A stretch of 64,000 bases of DNA from the NCBI GenBank assembly GCA_028534125.1, contig CM052817.1:2172001-2236000 (forward strand), in the 5' to 3' direction. The notes below the pieces were generated by a model. The model worked only from the letters and a program-made list of their open reading frames with translations, was not told where the DNA came from and did not search any database. Within the stretch, counting starts at the first letter, position 1, and each line of letters begins with the position of its first letter. The stretch comes from Lama glama. Lineage: Eukaryota. Positions 1-12,680 of this stretch are shown one piece after another. A program made the position numbers and the translations under genes.

Positions 1-1113
1 TGCGGCTGACGTAAGTGCGGTGCAGGTCTGGCGTGTGCTGCAGGACGGTGCCTGGCATCAGGCAAGTCCGCATGGGTGAGAATTGTGACCGCCCTGGCCA
101 GGCACTGCGGGCTGCTTCTTGCGACCCCCTTACCAAATCCTCCCAGTGCAGCCCATCAGCCCCGAACCACATCTTGCCCCACCCCACCGGTCATCCTCCC
201 GCTGCACCGGGGCACGCCTGCCTTGGAGCCTTCGCACACGCTGCCCAGTGCCCAGCTGCCCGAGCCACGTCCCTGTGGCTCACTCCCTACCGCCTGGGTC
301 TCTGCCCGCAGGCCAGCTTCGCAGCAGGCTCTCAGTGCTGAACTGCAGCAGGTGTCCCCCCGGACCCCCCCGCCCCTTGCTTCCTCCTCGTTATTGCTCC
401 CCATGCTTGTACCTGTGTCCGCCTGCTCCTTGCTTCCCTGACTTTGCCCTCGCCTGCCCTCCCGGGAGGGCTAGCCGTGTAGGCTTCTGTGCATTTGTCC
501 CTTGCTCCTACAATACTTCCTGCCCTCATAGCGGGTTTGTGGAGCAAAGGAATGTGTCAACGAGTGTAAAATGTGTTCCACGGAGTGAACTGCAGTGGGG
601 TGACCTGTGGGGGAGCTGAGCTGAGCCACAAACCCAATTTTCTAGTCTCTGAGGCCTGGAGGGAAGGCCCCAGGCAGCATGAGGCCTGTCTAGGGGAAAG
701 GGGGCACCTGCAGGTGACTGGGGAGGGGCCTGGGGCAGGGAGGACAGAGCCAGGCCAGGCCCAGGCAGAAGAGACTTTCCAGGCGAGCTGCATCAGGCGT
801 CCGGGCTTGGTCCCATGGACAGTGGGGAGCCCAGAGGGCTGTGATGGGGTCAGACCGTCACTGGAGAAGGTGGCTGCTGGGGGTGGGTGGGCTGGAGGGG
901 CAGGGTTGGGGCTGGCACAGTGCAGGTCAAGGTGGCAGAGCCAAGCACGTGCACAGATGGCAAGATGCTCCCCGGATGAGGAGGCTGTGGCCGAGGCCAT
1001 CTGACCATGCTGGACTCAGAGCAGCGGAGAGGGCCTCCTCTGTGCAGCGCCGGGCTGGGCCCTGCCGGGCCATCAGGCAGAGGGGGCCGAGAGCTCTGTG
1101 TGGTTCCCCTGCC

Positions 1114-1115
<2 letters not shown>

Positions 1116-1158
<43 letters not shown>

Positions 1159-1160
1159 TG
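1116..1160. repeat. (TG)n microsatellite
   Basis: About 22 TG units with one TA interruption, read directly. Confidence 0.97.
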
Positions 1161-2982
1161 AGAGAGGGAGAGACAGGAGGCAGGCGGTGGGGAGGACCAG
1201 GAGGGGCGCTGGCCATGTCAGCTCTGTTCCCCTAGATCAGGCCGGTAGTGAGCTTGCTGCCCAGGGAGGCATGTAACCCCTCCTTCTTCCTCCACGTCAC
1301 TCCTCCCTTACTCCTTTCTTCTTGAGGGAGGCAGGGGAGCCGCTCTGGGGGGCCTGATGTCTGAAGAGCCCCGGCGGCCCCTGCCTGGCCTCCACCAGCC
1401 CCACTGGCTGCACGGGTGCGAGGCCTGGTCCCGTGGAGCCCACGCCCTGCGGCCCTGGGCAGGGAGGTCTAGGGGATGGACAAGCTGAGCAGGGAGGAAG
1501 GGGCCCCTCTTGCTCACCAGCCCCCCTTGAAGCTGCCGCATGGACCCTTGTGTGCGCCCTGCTGCAGTGCCGGGGCGCCCGGAGCAGCTAGGGTGTGCCC
1601 TCCAGGGGGTGCTCGGTCACAAGACCGAGAGGCATCTCATGGACAGATGGGTGTGGGGGAGGCGGGCTGGCAGAGGGGTCCTCGTGCGCACCCTTCCCTC
1701 AAAGGCAGGAAGGTCTCCTGCTGAGCGAGCCCAGGGCTGGTGTGATCGGGGGAGGATGGAGGGGCTCACAGGGGTGACCGCCCTGGGCCCTGGGGGGACA
1801 GGCAGAGGAGCCTTCGTAGCTGAGCTCAGGGGCAAAGGACCACAGTCGCCCAGATGTCCCCTGCAGCTGCGGGACAGCCAGGCACTCCCCACAGGCCGGC
1901 TCCCAGCAGGCAGGGCGCAGTGAGGGCCCAACCTGTGGCTTGCTTGTTTAAAGCGGTGTGGGCTGAGGGAGGCATTGGCTGTGGGAGCAGCTTCAGAGGG
2001 CAGGAGCTGGGACAGGGTCCTTAGGGTGTCCCTCTTGGGCAACCCGTGCATGTGATGCACCCAGGGCACACAGAGCAGTGCAGCAGCCCTGGCCCCAACC
2101 CGGGGGGCTCTGCTCCCCCTGTCCCCCGACTCGGGTTCTCAGCTGGGAGAACCCTGGTGGTGCTGCAGAGGAGCGAGTGTTCATAGTAGACACTGGCGAA
2201 CGACAGGGGCCAGGCTGTCGGGAGGCTGGTCCGGCCCTGCCCCACCGGGGGCCTTGCATGCAGGGCCACAGGCCTGGGGTCGTGGGAGGCTGGCCGGAAG
2301 GCTGCTGTGACGACCAGCTGTTTCTGTCTTCCCACAAGAGAGATGAGCGGGGGCCTGAGCCACCATACAAGACCCAGTCCCAGCCTCCAGCCAGGGCGCG
2401 GCTCTAGCCCATGGACGCACCCACCCCTGGGGGGCCAGGCACCTGGGCCAAGGAGGGGGCGTCTAGCAGGCTCTCCCACAGCCGGCCCGGTCCAGGGGTC
2501 CGTGGGCACTGACGGGGGCAGTCCATGGAGGACTGTTGCCACCCCGGTCCCCTTGGAGCAGGGTGGCTCCGGTGGAGAACCCCCACCCCACCGCCCCCCG
2601 CCACACACAGAGGCTCAGTCACAGATCCGGCCTCTCACCATCAGGGTTAAGTAACTGGGCCCACCTTTCTTCCCCCATTGGCTTCTGTGTCCCTGGTTCC
2701 CTGTCCCCCTAGTGTCACACCCGGAAGTGTGTGAAACCTCACCCGACCTGCTGGCCTCAGTCCTGGCGCCCGGCGGTCTCCAGGGCCAGAGACCTTCCTT
2801 CTAAACTTCTCACTGTCAAACCCGTGTCCCCCCAGGCCGGGCTTGAGTCAGGCCGCAGTCCTCTGCCTCCTGGATGGTGAAAGGTCGTGGCCCCCCCACT
2901 GCCCCTCCTGCAGCCCCTGCTCCCTGTCACTTGCTGGTGGCTCCTTATCACCCTGGGCACAAGTCCAGATTGCTCAGGCCGG

Positions 2983-3393
2983 GGTGGCAGATGGCATCCT
3001 TGGCTGCCATCCTTCATTCTGTCCCGCATCCAAGCCCTTTGCCACGAGACTGTTTTTCTGACTGAAGGAGAGACATGCGTCTGGGACCCTGGCTGGGGCT
3101 CGGCCATGTGACCAGCATTAACCTCGGGTAGAAGAGAGAGTGTGTAAGCCCTGGGCCTGGGCTTTAAGAGCAAGCAGGGTTTTCTGCTTTGCCTTGAGTG
3201 CCTTACTCTTGCCCTAGGGACCAGGCTGCTGGACCACGAGGGACGAGAGACACGAGGAGTGACCCAGACTCTAGTGGTGGCTCAGAGCCAGCCTCCCAGC
3301 TGAGTCCAACCTTGATCAGCTGTCTTATAGGCTGAGATTGGGTGCCAGAGAGGTTTGTAGATGGCTGTTACACAGCAACAGCTGACTGCTACA
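2983..3393 (+). mobile_element. Old ERVL-MaLR solo LTR (MLT1H-like)
   Basis: Starts gtggcagat; contains gccctttgcc and gggctcggccatgtgac; ends gttacacagcaacagctgactgctaca. All resemble the MLT1H-group consensus as recalled. Confidence 0.65.
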
Positions 3394-4034
3394 GAGCCCT
3401 GCATAACCTCAGTCTCACCGCAAGCTTCATCTTCCCAGGCAGCCTGTACACCCAGGCACTGCCCTTGTGTCCAGTGCACCACGGTCCAGACATGTCCAGT
3501 GAGCACTTCCTCGCTCCATGTCCCCCTGTCCCTTCCAGACGCCCAGAGTTGAGATCCCCACCCCACCCCCAGTAATGTGGTCCGAGCTCCAACCACCGGG
3601 AATATTTGAAACAAATGCTCCCCTTGCTGCAGTTAATTGGGACCCAGGCAGGTACTGGTGCCGGAGGAGGAAGGGGAGGGGTGCTGGGCTCTCGACCTTT
3701 GAAAAGTCAGGGACTTAACGCGAGGAGTCAAGAGGTAGACCGAACAGTTCCCCAGAGAAGACCCCACAGGGCCCGGAAGCTGCCTGGAGGCTGTGAATCC
3801 CCTGGCCTCCCCGCCAGGCCTGGGCCTAGCCGCCCAGCTGCTGTCCGCTTCCGCCGCCAGGAACCGACATCGGGGGGTGCGGCTGGGCCTCAGCGGGGCT
3901 CCCAGGGTGCGCTGGCTTCACACCCGGTCCCGATTTTCTCCCGGAAGTGAGATGCTGGCCAAATTAGAGAAGAAAGGACGCCCTCGCTCTGCAGCCCCTG
4001 CGCACAGACGGCTGTCAGTTAAGGCCGACTCGTC

Positions 4035-4046
4035 CCTCTAGGGGGC
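4035..4046 (+). promoter_or_regulatory. Candidate CTCF site
   Basis: CCTCTAGGGGGC fits the CTCF core CC(A/G/T)SYAGRKGGC. It lies in a CpG-rich non-repeat block with an ETS site CCGGAAGTG at 3941-3949. Motif only. Confidence 0.45.
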
Positions 4047-5659
4047 CTGCTGCTCCGGACAGCTTCCTCCGAAATAGGGGTTTTGTGCTGAAGTGCCGAC
4101 AGCCAGCTGTTTCAGAATCATGGCCGGGGCAGCGACTGTGGCCCAGCCTGGCCCAGCGATCCACGTGCAGCCGTCCCGGAAGCACTGGGACCTCGAAGCT
4201 GGGCTGCGGCGAGTGGACAGTGAGGGGGTGGCAGAGGCGTCCCGCCCACCTCCCCGGCACCCGAGGGCCGAAGTCCCTTCACGCAGGCGCGGCTGGGCTC
4301 TGGATTTTCTCCACTTGACCTTGCTTGACCTCCGGTGGTGAGCAAAGGCTGGCGCAGGGGGTGCTCAGGGCACGTTGTGGGTGACTGTGGCTGACACGCA
4401 CAGGCCTGGGCGCGCATGCCTTTCCCAGCTCCCGAGGCTGGCTGGAGCGTCCCCGAGCTGGCGGCCGCCGCGCAGAATGGCCATGGGAACTTGGACAAGA
4501 GGTGCTCTGAATTTCGAGTTCCCAGACGAGGACCTGAGGGCCACACAGAGGGCTGGGGCTAGCATTGGAGTCCTGGTTTGGGCTGCAGTCTCCGAGCAGG
4601 GCTGGGATGTCTCCAGACCACCCTCTTCCTGGCACGAGTGCCACTTTGTCCCTTGCCAGGCAGGGGCCAGGCCTTATTTGTCTGAGTCTCTTAGCAATGG
4701 CCTGCCCCTCCGGTCTTCAGCCAAGCCTTTATCTGCCAACTGTGGCAGCCCCCTGGGGACCCCGGGGGCCCCTCCCCCCACTCCCTGTCACTGTCTGCTC
4801 TGCAATCCCCACCTCCTTGCTGCCCCTCTTCTGCTTGGAGCCTTCTTTCCCCTAGAGCCCACCTGGACCGTATCACTCCTGGCATCGTGATTCGTGGATG
4901 CTACGTGTTACAGAGTGCACCAGACTTTACAGTTTACACATACATATTCCATCCACTCCCCTGGTGGTCCCGAGGCACAGAATAGGCAGAGGTCATCTCT
5001 GTTTCCTTCGGCAGAAGTCTTGGCGAAACTCAGAGAAGGCACATGGCAGGGTCCGAACAGCTCCTGGCTGTGGAGGGGGTGCTGGCTGAGGTCCCCCCAG
5101 CCTGTCGCTGGTCTCCTGTCCTAGTGGAGTGGAGTGTGGCCTCCCCTTCGCTCTCAAGCCCCTGTGCTGTGGGTCCTTCTGATGGTGAGGACCCCGACGT
5201 CTATTGTCATTCAGTACGCAGGGCTTCCTGCCCAGCCCACCGGGAGCGGACAGAGGCTTCTGGACTGGCCGCTCATCTCTGGACTTAAGGCCTACCTCTC
5301 TCTAGAGGCAGAACCTCGGTAAACAGGGGGCCAGTTTTCAGGCTGAGTTTCGAGATGAGAATGAAGAGATGGGCGGGCGTGCTGGCTGGCACGTGTCCTG
5401 ACGCCCACAGGGCCTGGGCGAACTTGGACCAGGCAGCTGGGCTGACCATCCCTGCTGCTTTGCAGTTTGTTTTGTTTGCGGCGGGGCCAGGTTTGAGGCC
5501 TCGTTGAAAAATGTCCTTGGATCTCTGCCTCCTACTGAGAATGAGAGAAGCCAGCAAAACAAATCACCATTTGTTAGAGGGCGTTGGGGGACCGCTGGGG
5601 CAGCCAGGACTGCAAGCGCCCAGGACACAAACGACAGGGGTGCAGGAGGCCACCCACAC

Positions 5660-5860
5660 TCCCGGTGACCAGGCCCACGCGCAGGTGCTGGGCCCCCGCA
5701 GATGGGAGAGAGAATGCAGCAGAGACAATACGCGGGGAGATACTGGCTGACAGTGTTTTGGAACTAATGAAATCTATGAATCCACAGACTCAAAACGGCA
5801 GTGGCTTACAACCTGCTAAACCGGTGGGCACGTCACCGCAAAGTGCTGGAAATCCAGGAC
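5660..5860 (+). mobile_element. Ancient L1 ORF1 remnant
   Basis: Translation DGRENAAETIRGEILADSVLELMKSMNPQTQ aligns to the L1M ORF1p segment EERENGAEAIFEEIMAENFPELMKDINPQIQ. Confidence 0.7.
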
Positions 5861-6149
5861 AGGGAGAGAGGGCTGCTCTTGGGGGGCGGGGGCCAGTCCA
5901 CACCTCCTCAGTGGGAGGGCCTGCCGGCCCCACGTGTGCTGCACGGTAGATGCAGGGAGGGTGGAGTATTTCAGCCCCCGATGCAACCAGCCTGGCATCC
6001 CCTCCACCAGCCACAAAGGTGACGGCCGGCAAGGCCTGGCGGCCTGCAGGGGTGGGCGGGTGGGAGGGGAAACTGGGGATCACAGCCACTCTGGCCGACT
6101 TTCCCGCTGGGGATCACCCGCACGGCCTCTTCTTTCTCCTGGGATGCCG

Positions 6150-6485
6150 TCTCCTGCCCTCACCTGCTTCAAGTCCTTGCTTCAATCTCCTTGTCAAGGA
6201 GCTTGGCCCTCACCTCCCCAGGCACGACTGCAGTCACCCATCCTTGGACTTCGTGCTCAGCCATCAGGGCTCAGCTCGAGCCCTGCCTCCTCCAGGAAGC
6301 CTTGTTTGCCATGGTGCCCATGACCTGCTAGCAATACGGTGTCTGCTGTGTGCGTCGTTTTCTATCTCCCCACAGATGCTACGTTCCGTGAAGGCAGGTG
6401 GTCACGGTCTGTTGGGCTCAGTGATGAATCCTAAGGATCTGCAGGAGCGTCTGGTGACAGTTGATGACAGTACACGTTTGTGAGC
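6150..6485 (+). mobile_element. L2 LINE 3' fragment
   Basis: tctccccacagatgctacgttccgtgaaggcagg...ctggtgacagttg resembles the L2 3' end; highly diverged. Confidence 0.5.
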
Positions 6486-6699
6486 AAAGTTGTTCCTCTC
6501 TTTCTCTCTCATGCCTGACCTCCTCTGGGTCAGGCCCTCGGCTCCTGCTGGGGAGGAGGCAGGGACGCAGCTGCAGACAGGTGCCTAGTGGCTGGGTGAG
6601 CGGTGATGTGCTGGGCAGAGGGGGTGAGGCTGGAAGGTGGGGACTGTCTGCCTGGTGAAGCCACAGGGCTGGAAAGTGGGCACATAACCTCCTGGTCCT

Positions 6700-7250
6700 G
6701 CTTCACCGCAGCCTCGGCCAGGCGTCCGGTGTCTTCATTCCGTGTGGCTTTCTCTTAGCTTTTCTGTAACTGCGCTGCCCGTGGAGAGCACGGAGGCTGC
6801 TCTCCTTGAGGGCCTTCAGGCTCCTGGAGGGCTGGGCCCAGGCCACCGAAGTCCCGATGGGCGGCCGAGGCGGAGCAGGCGGAGCTCGCCCGGGTCAGGC
6901 CCGACCTGGGGGTGATGCCGGAATCTTCCTGCACACCTGAGGGCCTTCCCGACTGTCTGGGTTGCACGGAGGGATCTGCTAACTGCCAGGACCCAAGGGC
7001 CCCTGGTGAGGGAGGAGGCCCAGAGCCTCTCAGCAGCCTGTCTGCTGTGTGCTCCCGACTTAGCTCGTGTCGTGCCTCTTTTAAGAAGTGTTTCTGCCGG
7101 GCCTGTCTTTCCAGCTGTGCACCCACAGTGCTGCTGGTTCCCCACTGCTTCTTCTTCGCATTCCCTCGTCTTCCTCCTGTTGTTTTGCCCTTTGTTTCCA
7201 TTTGTCTTAATTGGCTGAGTTCCTCTTCAAGCCGAGGTTTCGAGGCAGGT
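6700..7250 (-). mobile_element. Probable L1/HAL1 ORF1 remnant (coiled-coil region)
   Basis: The minus-strand frame RLEEELSQLRQMETKGKTT...GAQLERQARQKHFLKE weakly resembles the ORF1p coiled-coil/RRM start. Confidence 0.4.
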
Positions 7251-7313
7251 ACGTGGGAGGCTGGCTCTGCTGTCCCTTGTCTGTGAGCTGTCTTGCTGTC
7301 GCCCTCCTGGCTG

Positions 7314-7683
7314 CTGTTCGAGTCAGCTCAGGCTGCGTAACAGTGCCGCAGCCCGGGAGGCTCAGAGGGCAGAAGTTTACCTTCTCACCGTCTTGGAGGC
7401 TGGGGGCTGGGCCCAAGGTGCAGACAGGCTGGTTCCTTCTGAGGCCTCTCTCCTTGGCCTGTAGACAGCTGTTGCCTCCCTGTTTCTGTCCGTCTGTGCG
7501 TGTCTGTGCCCTAACTTCCCCTTCTCGTTAGGACACCCATCATATTGGATTAGGACCTACCGTAACCCCTCATTTTACTTTAATTACCTCTTTAAAGGCC
7601 TGTCTCCGAGAATAGTCACATTCTGTGGTCCTGGGGGTTAGGGCTTCATATGGATTTGGGGAGACAGAATTCAGCCCATCACA
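7314..7683 (-). mobile_element. MLT1A/MLT1B-type MaLR solo LTR
   Basis: tctgaggcctctctccttggc, catattggattagg, ttaattacctctttaaag and the end aattcagcccatcaca match the reverse complement of the MLT1B consensus. Confidence 0.9.
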
Positions 7684-7989
7684 GCTGGGTGCAAGGTGTT
7701 TGGGCCACGGTAAAAAGAAAACGGCGAAGGGGTGAGGTGGCATGAAAGGGTAGTGCGACTGCCACTCCAAAATGCGGAGCGGCATAGTGGGTGGATGCTG
7801 GTGCCTGGTGTCCAGCCCGGGCACAGGGGCAGGTGCGCCTGGGGGGCCGTCCAGCGATGCTCCTCAGCTCGGGTTCCTCAGCGTGGCTCACCCGCCTGCC
7901 TGCAGAGCGGCTGGCGCTGTGAGCGAGGCTTTCTCCGTGGATGGCCGTCTCCCCAGCGGTCTGCCGAGGGCTGCTGGCCAAACACCCTT

Positions 7990-9900
7990 TTAAAGCAGAA
8001 GCAGTTTTCAAACTCCCGAGTTGAATGCCCAGCAGATTTCTTTAATCTTACTTTTAAAAACTGCATTAGCTGTTGAAGTGGTGGCTTTGTGCCTGATTGG
8101 AGTTTTGGCTGTGTCTCCGAGGTTTTGCTCCTCAGTGCCCTGATGTTTATTTTATCACAAACATTACCTTGTTTTATGTTCTTCCTGCTCCAGATGTTTA
8201 CATTGCTAAGTGTTGACTTTTCTGCTTAAATTTTGTTATTTGTAGCGCTGTCACATGATGATGAGTGAACAAGAACTGTACACGTGGCGTTTTAAATAGC
8301 TATTGAGATTTACGGTGCGTCTAAAGGGGTCTGTGTGTGTGTTTCACCGCGCCGGAGGCGTCTCCTGCAGGCGCCGCTGTCTCATCCGTCTGCTCGCGCT
8401 GTCTATGCCGTGCCAGCCTCATTTATTTTGGCCAGTAGAGCGAACCTAATCCCATCTCCTGTGCTGATAATGATTTTCTTTCTTCTTTTTTTCCTGGTGT
8501 TTTGTTGCTGTCTTGGTCAGCTCACAAACGTTTCTTATCACTCTCCACCTTTATTTGAGTATTTGAACCACGTAAAATGACCCTGAGGGTGAACACTGAA
8601 AATTTTTTGCGGAAGATTCCTCAATATTAAAGTTCCCGCTGCAGCGTCCTGTATTTTCACTTCAGTCTGTGCCCTTCCTCATTCTTCACTTTATACGCTC
8701 CAGTGTTATTTTGTTTTACCGTATCTCACAAGTAGTAAGATATCGGAGTCGTTTTTTTGAATCAGAAATCCTAGTGGATAGGTTTGGAATGCGCTTCGAC
8801 AGTATTTGCTGAATATCTACTCCCCACCCTCTGGGTTATTGTTTCTGCTTTGTCTCTTTCTGCTCACTTTTCCTTTTTTTTTTTTTGTCTTCTGTAGTGA
8901 CTTAGAAGGCAGACATCATGTTTCTGACTCTACCACTTAGGTTTCTTTTTTAAACAGTCTTAGTAACCAAAACCTAGACGATGGCTTCTAATTCCCTTTT
9001 ATGGGAGACAGAGGAAGCGTCTCCTTTCTCTCCAGCCCTTCTCTAGGTGTTCAGAACCTGGAAACCTCACACTTCCTGCTTTAACATTCAAATACCCCGA
9101 GGTTTTAAATACATTCTGTTTAGTTGGCATTATAATTCTATTTTTAATTCCTTATCCACAGTGGCTAATGCTTTTATTCTTGTGTTTTTACCTGGCTCCA
9201 ATATCGGCACCCGTTTTCTATCGTGATGCCCCCCTCGTTGTTTTACATAAAACGGATGCCGTGGGCCTTTGAGGAATCACGTTCGGGGGTATCTTTTTGG
9301 AACTTTCACCGTAGACTGGAGGGTCTTAGGTCCTGATGCTACACTAGTTACGCTGCATCAGTTGCGCTCGTGTTAGTTACGCCGTGTTAGTTGTTAGTTG
9401 CCCGGATGTTGGTTACTCTGTGGTCATCTGGGCGCCTTCAGTTTGGTGGGAAGTAAGGGCGCAGCTTGCGTGTGGCTTTTTTCAAGATCATCTGCTCATT
9501 TCTCCTCTTGGGACTTTTCAGGCCCCTTGATTTCCCTGAAAATGGTGAGTTATCTACCGCAATATCCTGTGGGACCGCTCTCTGTGTTTTTGAGTTTCCC
9601 TCAATCTCAGTTTCTGGGCACTTCTGCCCCTCCCTTCCCACCTCCGTCAGGAGCTCCTGTTACTTGGGGCCAGGCGGCGTGAGACTGGCTGCTCTTGACG
9701 TCTCGCTTCAGGTGCCCCCTTTCACTGGCCTCTGAAATTGCTTCCCAGACTCTTCCTCTCGCCACCATTTTGCTTTTCTCCAGCTTCAAGCCTGCCTTTC
9801 TCTCCTGCCCTTGAAGAAGTTATCACGGCCGTTATGCTGTGCCTCCTCAGGTCTGGAGAGGAGCTGATCTAGAATTCTGTTCCAGATGTTGTGGCCTTGA
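7990..9900 (-). mobile_element. Highly decayed L1M/HAL1 fragments
   Basis: Sharp shift to T-rich sequence. 9400-9850 resembles antisense ORF1 (ggagctcctgttac, ttttcaagatc). Confidence 0.5.
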
Positions 9901-10439
9901 GCTACGAGGAAAGAAAAGCAAGTCTGAGCCTTGAGAGTGCGATGCTCGGGAAAGCACGAAGAGCGGTCTTGCGCAGGTCAGCATCACCCAGCCTCCAGCC
10001 TGCAGTGCGTCTGGTCCGCTCAGCGCCACACCGTCTACAGACAAAGCAGTTACGAGTCCTCCTCTTTTCCCAGGGGATTTTGGGAGCTGCTCAGAGAGAT
10101 GCTCCCTGGGGGAAAGGAGCAGAGAGGGGCGGGCCACGGGCACCTGAGCCCAGGCCTGGCTGAGCTGGTCTTCCGTGTGGGTCACGCCTCCAGGTGCAGC
10201 CGGGCTGTGGACACTACACAGGAGCCTGGTACGTCCTCCGGAGGGCAGATGCCCAGGATGGAGGACAGCCTGCTTCAGAGGGCCCCCTTCCCTTTCTCTC
10301 CACTGTACCCCAAATCTCGGCCTCTTTTCCCAGATCTGGAGCAACTGCTATGAGGGTGAGGTAATGCTGGGCACAGAGCAGTGCCCAGCTCATTGTAACT
10401 CTTTAATGTACCTCAGCTGCTTTTATGGTTAACTCAAAA

Positions 10440-12200
10440 AACTCTTTTATTGTAGTATAATGCACTTTATAGATATGCATACATTCTACGGATTGAATTA
10501 TGTGTCTCCCAAAGTCACACGCTGAAGTCTTAACCCCCAGGACCCCAGAATGCGACCTTACTTGGAAACAGGTTGTTGCAGACGCCATTAGTTCAGATGC
10601 GGCCACTAGGGCAGGCTCTTACCCAGTCTGACTGGTGTCCTTGTGAAAAGGTGACATTTGCACACAGACACACACTGGGAGACGCCACATGAAGACAGAG
10701 GCAGGGATCAGAGTGTTGCGTCTGCCAGTCAAGGAACACACAAGATGCAGGCAAACACCGGAAGCTGGGGAGAGTGCTCAGAAAGAAGCAGCCCTGCCGA
10801 CACCTCGGCCTCGGACTTCTGGTCTCCAGAACAATCACTTCCTGCAGTTTAAGCCGCCCAGTCTGTGACGCGTTGTTGTGGGAGCCCCAGGAAGTGAATA
10901 CACACATCTGCACAGACTTCACGTCGCAAGTGGATTTGTATTAGCTGGGCACACTGTGTAGCTAGTGCAGTGCCCGGGTCGTGAGCAGGGCGTACCCGGC
11001 ACCCAGTGTGGCAGGATGGGGGTCCTCCCCTCAGCGGAACGCAGGGCCCCCTGCCCTGCCCCGGGAGTCTGGGCGGTGCTGTGTGTCATCCTCCTCACCG
11101 GGGCTGGCGTGCCCACCCTGGGCATCGGGCAGCTCCCAGCTGGGGGCGATCTCCGTGGGCACCACTGGGAATGCGCCAGCACAGTCTGGGGAGCGCACGC
11201 GTGCATTTCCCCCAAGTGTACGTCGTGGGTGGGAGCCGCTGGATGGGGCGGGGACACATTCGTTCCACCAGACAGGTTCCCGCAGTGACTACGGCCCTCC
11301 CTCCGCCCCCAGCACTTGTGTGAGAGCCATGTTGGTCCACAGTCTTGCCAACACTCGCTGTGTTCTGTCTTTTCATCTTAGCTGTGCTGGTGGGTGTGGA
11401 AATGTGTCACATGACGGTCTAGCGTGCGTTTTGCTGATGGCTCAGGATGGTGCGCGCCTTTTTACCCGTTACTGGCCACCTGTACCTCCTCTTCTGCGAC
11501 GGGCCCACCGCGTTTTCTGCCCGTCGTTCTGGGGCGTTGTCAGCCTCTCCTTACTGAGGCCACTATCAGCTTGGGCTGAGAGTCCTTTGTTGGGTGTGTG
11601 AATCGAAGTGCTCCTAAAGGTGTCTTTTGACGACAAGAAGGTGTGTCTTTAACGCAGTCCAGCTTGTCAAACGCCCCGTGGCGCGGGTGCCTTCTGTCTC
11701 CGGGGCGTTCGGCTCGTGCTAAGGCCATGCGGGTGTCCGCGCGGGTCCCCCCACCGGCGCTGCCGCCTGGCGTCCGGCCTATGGGGCTCAGTCCGTCTGG
11801 AACTGGCTCCCGCGTGCGGCGCAAGGGGAGGTTTCAACTCCTGCTTCCCCGTTTGGAAGTGTAGTCCACTCGGCGCTGTTTGCTGAGATGGTCCCCTCCG
11901 TCCATCCCCACACCGCACTGCTCCTTTGTCACGAATCAGGCGACTCCACAGATGCGGGTAGCTTTCTGGAACCTCTCGTGTCCCATCTGTCAGTCTGTCC
12001 GCCCTCATACCGAACCCACCTGTCCTCATCACTCGGGGATGTCTTGAAGAGCGCCCCGGTGACCCGCTCCCCCCGACGGGTGAGGCGGTCTGGCACAAGT
12101 GCCCCTCTGTTGTCTGTTTCCGAGGTGGGAGCGCGCGGGCCTGCACCGGCTGCGGCGCAGCCTGTCAGCCTCATTGTCACCCTCTTCAACGTGGAGGAGA
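10440..12200 (-). mobile_element. Old L1M 3' UTR and ORF2 C-terminal region, strongly GC-shifted, interrupted by MLT1C
   Basis: Begins ttttattgtagtataat. Colinear L1 landmarks follow: ccacagtcttgccaacact, cttagctgtgctggtgggtgtg, ggtgtcttttgacgacaagaag, tttctggaacctctcgtgtcccat. Confidence 0.8.
10484..10902 (+). mobile_element. MLT1C-type MaLR solo LTR
   Basis: Starts ctacggattgaatt; contains agaatgcgaccttacttgga and gccctgccgacacctcggcctcggacttctgg; ends ggaagtgaataca. Confidence 0.9.
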
Positions 12201-12680
12201 GCACTTCCCGTCCTGCAGCCTTGTAAGAGTGGACACGGCAGGGATGTTAGTTATTAATTTATCGTCTAGTGGTGACAGCGCAGACTGGAGCTGGGTTACC
12301 TGGTTTCCCGTCTCAGCCTTTCCTGTGACCGTGGGAAAGTGACTTAACATGAACCTTGATTTCTGTGAACTGGGGACACTTGTCCAGGCTGCTTGAGGTC
12401 AGAGTGTGGACTAAATACTTTCACGTGGCGCTTCTGGCGGTGCACACAGGCAGCAGCAACCTCCGTGCAGACCCCTGGGGTCCCCAGGTGCTGGCAGCCG
12501 AGGCTGGGCCAGGCATGGCTCTCAAGGCACTGGGTTTCCTGGCAGTGCCTGGGCCGGGCACTCTGCTGGGAAGGACTGAGTCCCCGAGTGTGAGTGCTGC
12601 ATTGTGCCTGCTTGTGGGCACGTGGTACACACTGTCTTCTAGAACCTTCCACATGTGCCTCTTAGCACCCTTGTCTCCTT

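Noticed and set aside
9343..9402. Degenerate gtgttagttacgc-like micro-repeats
   Set aside because: Short slippage repeats within decayed LINE sequence; no further structure.
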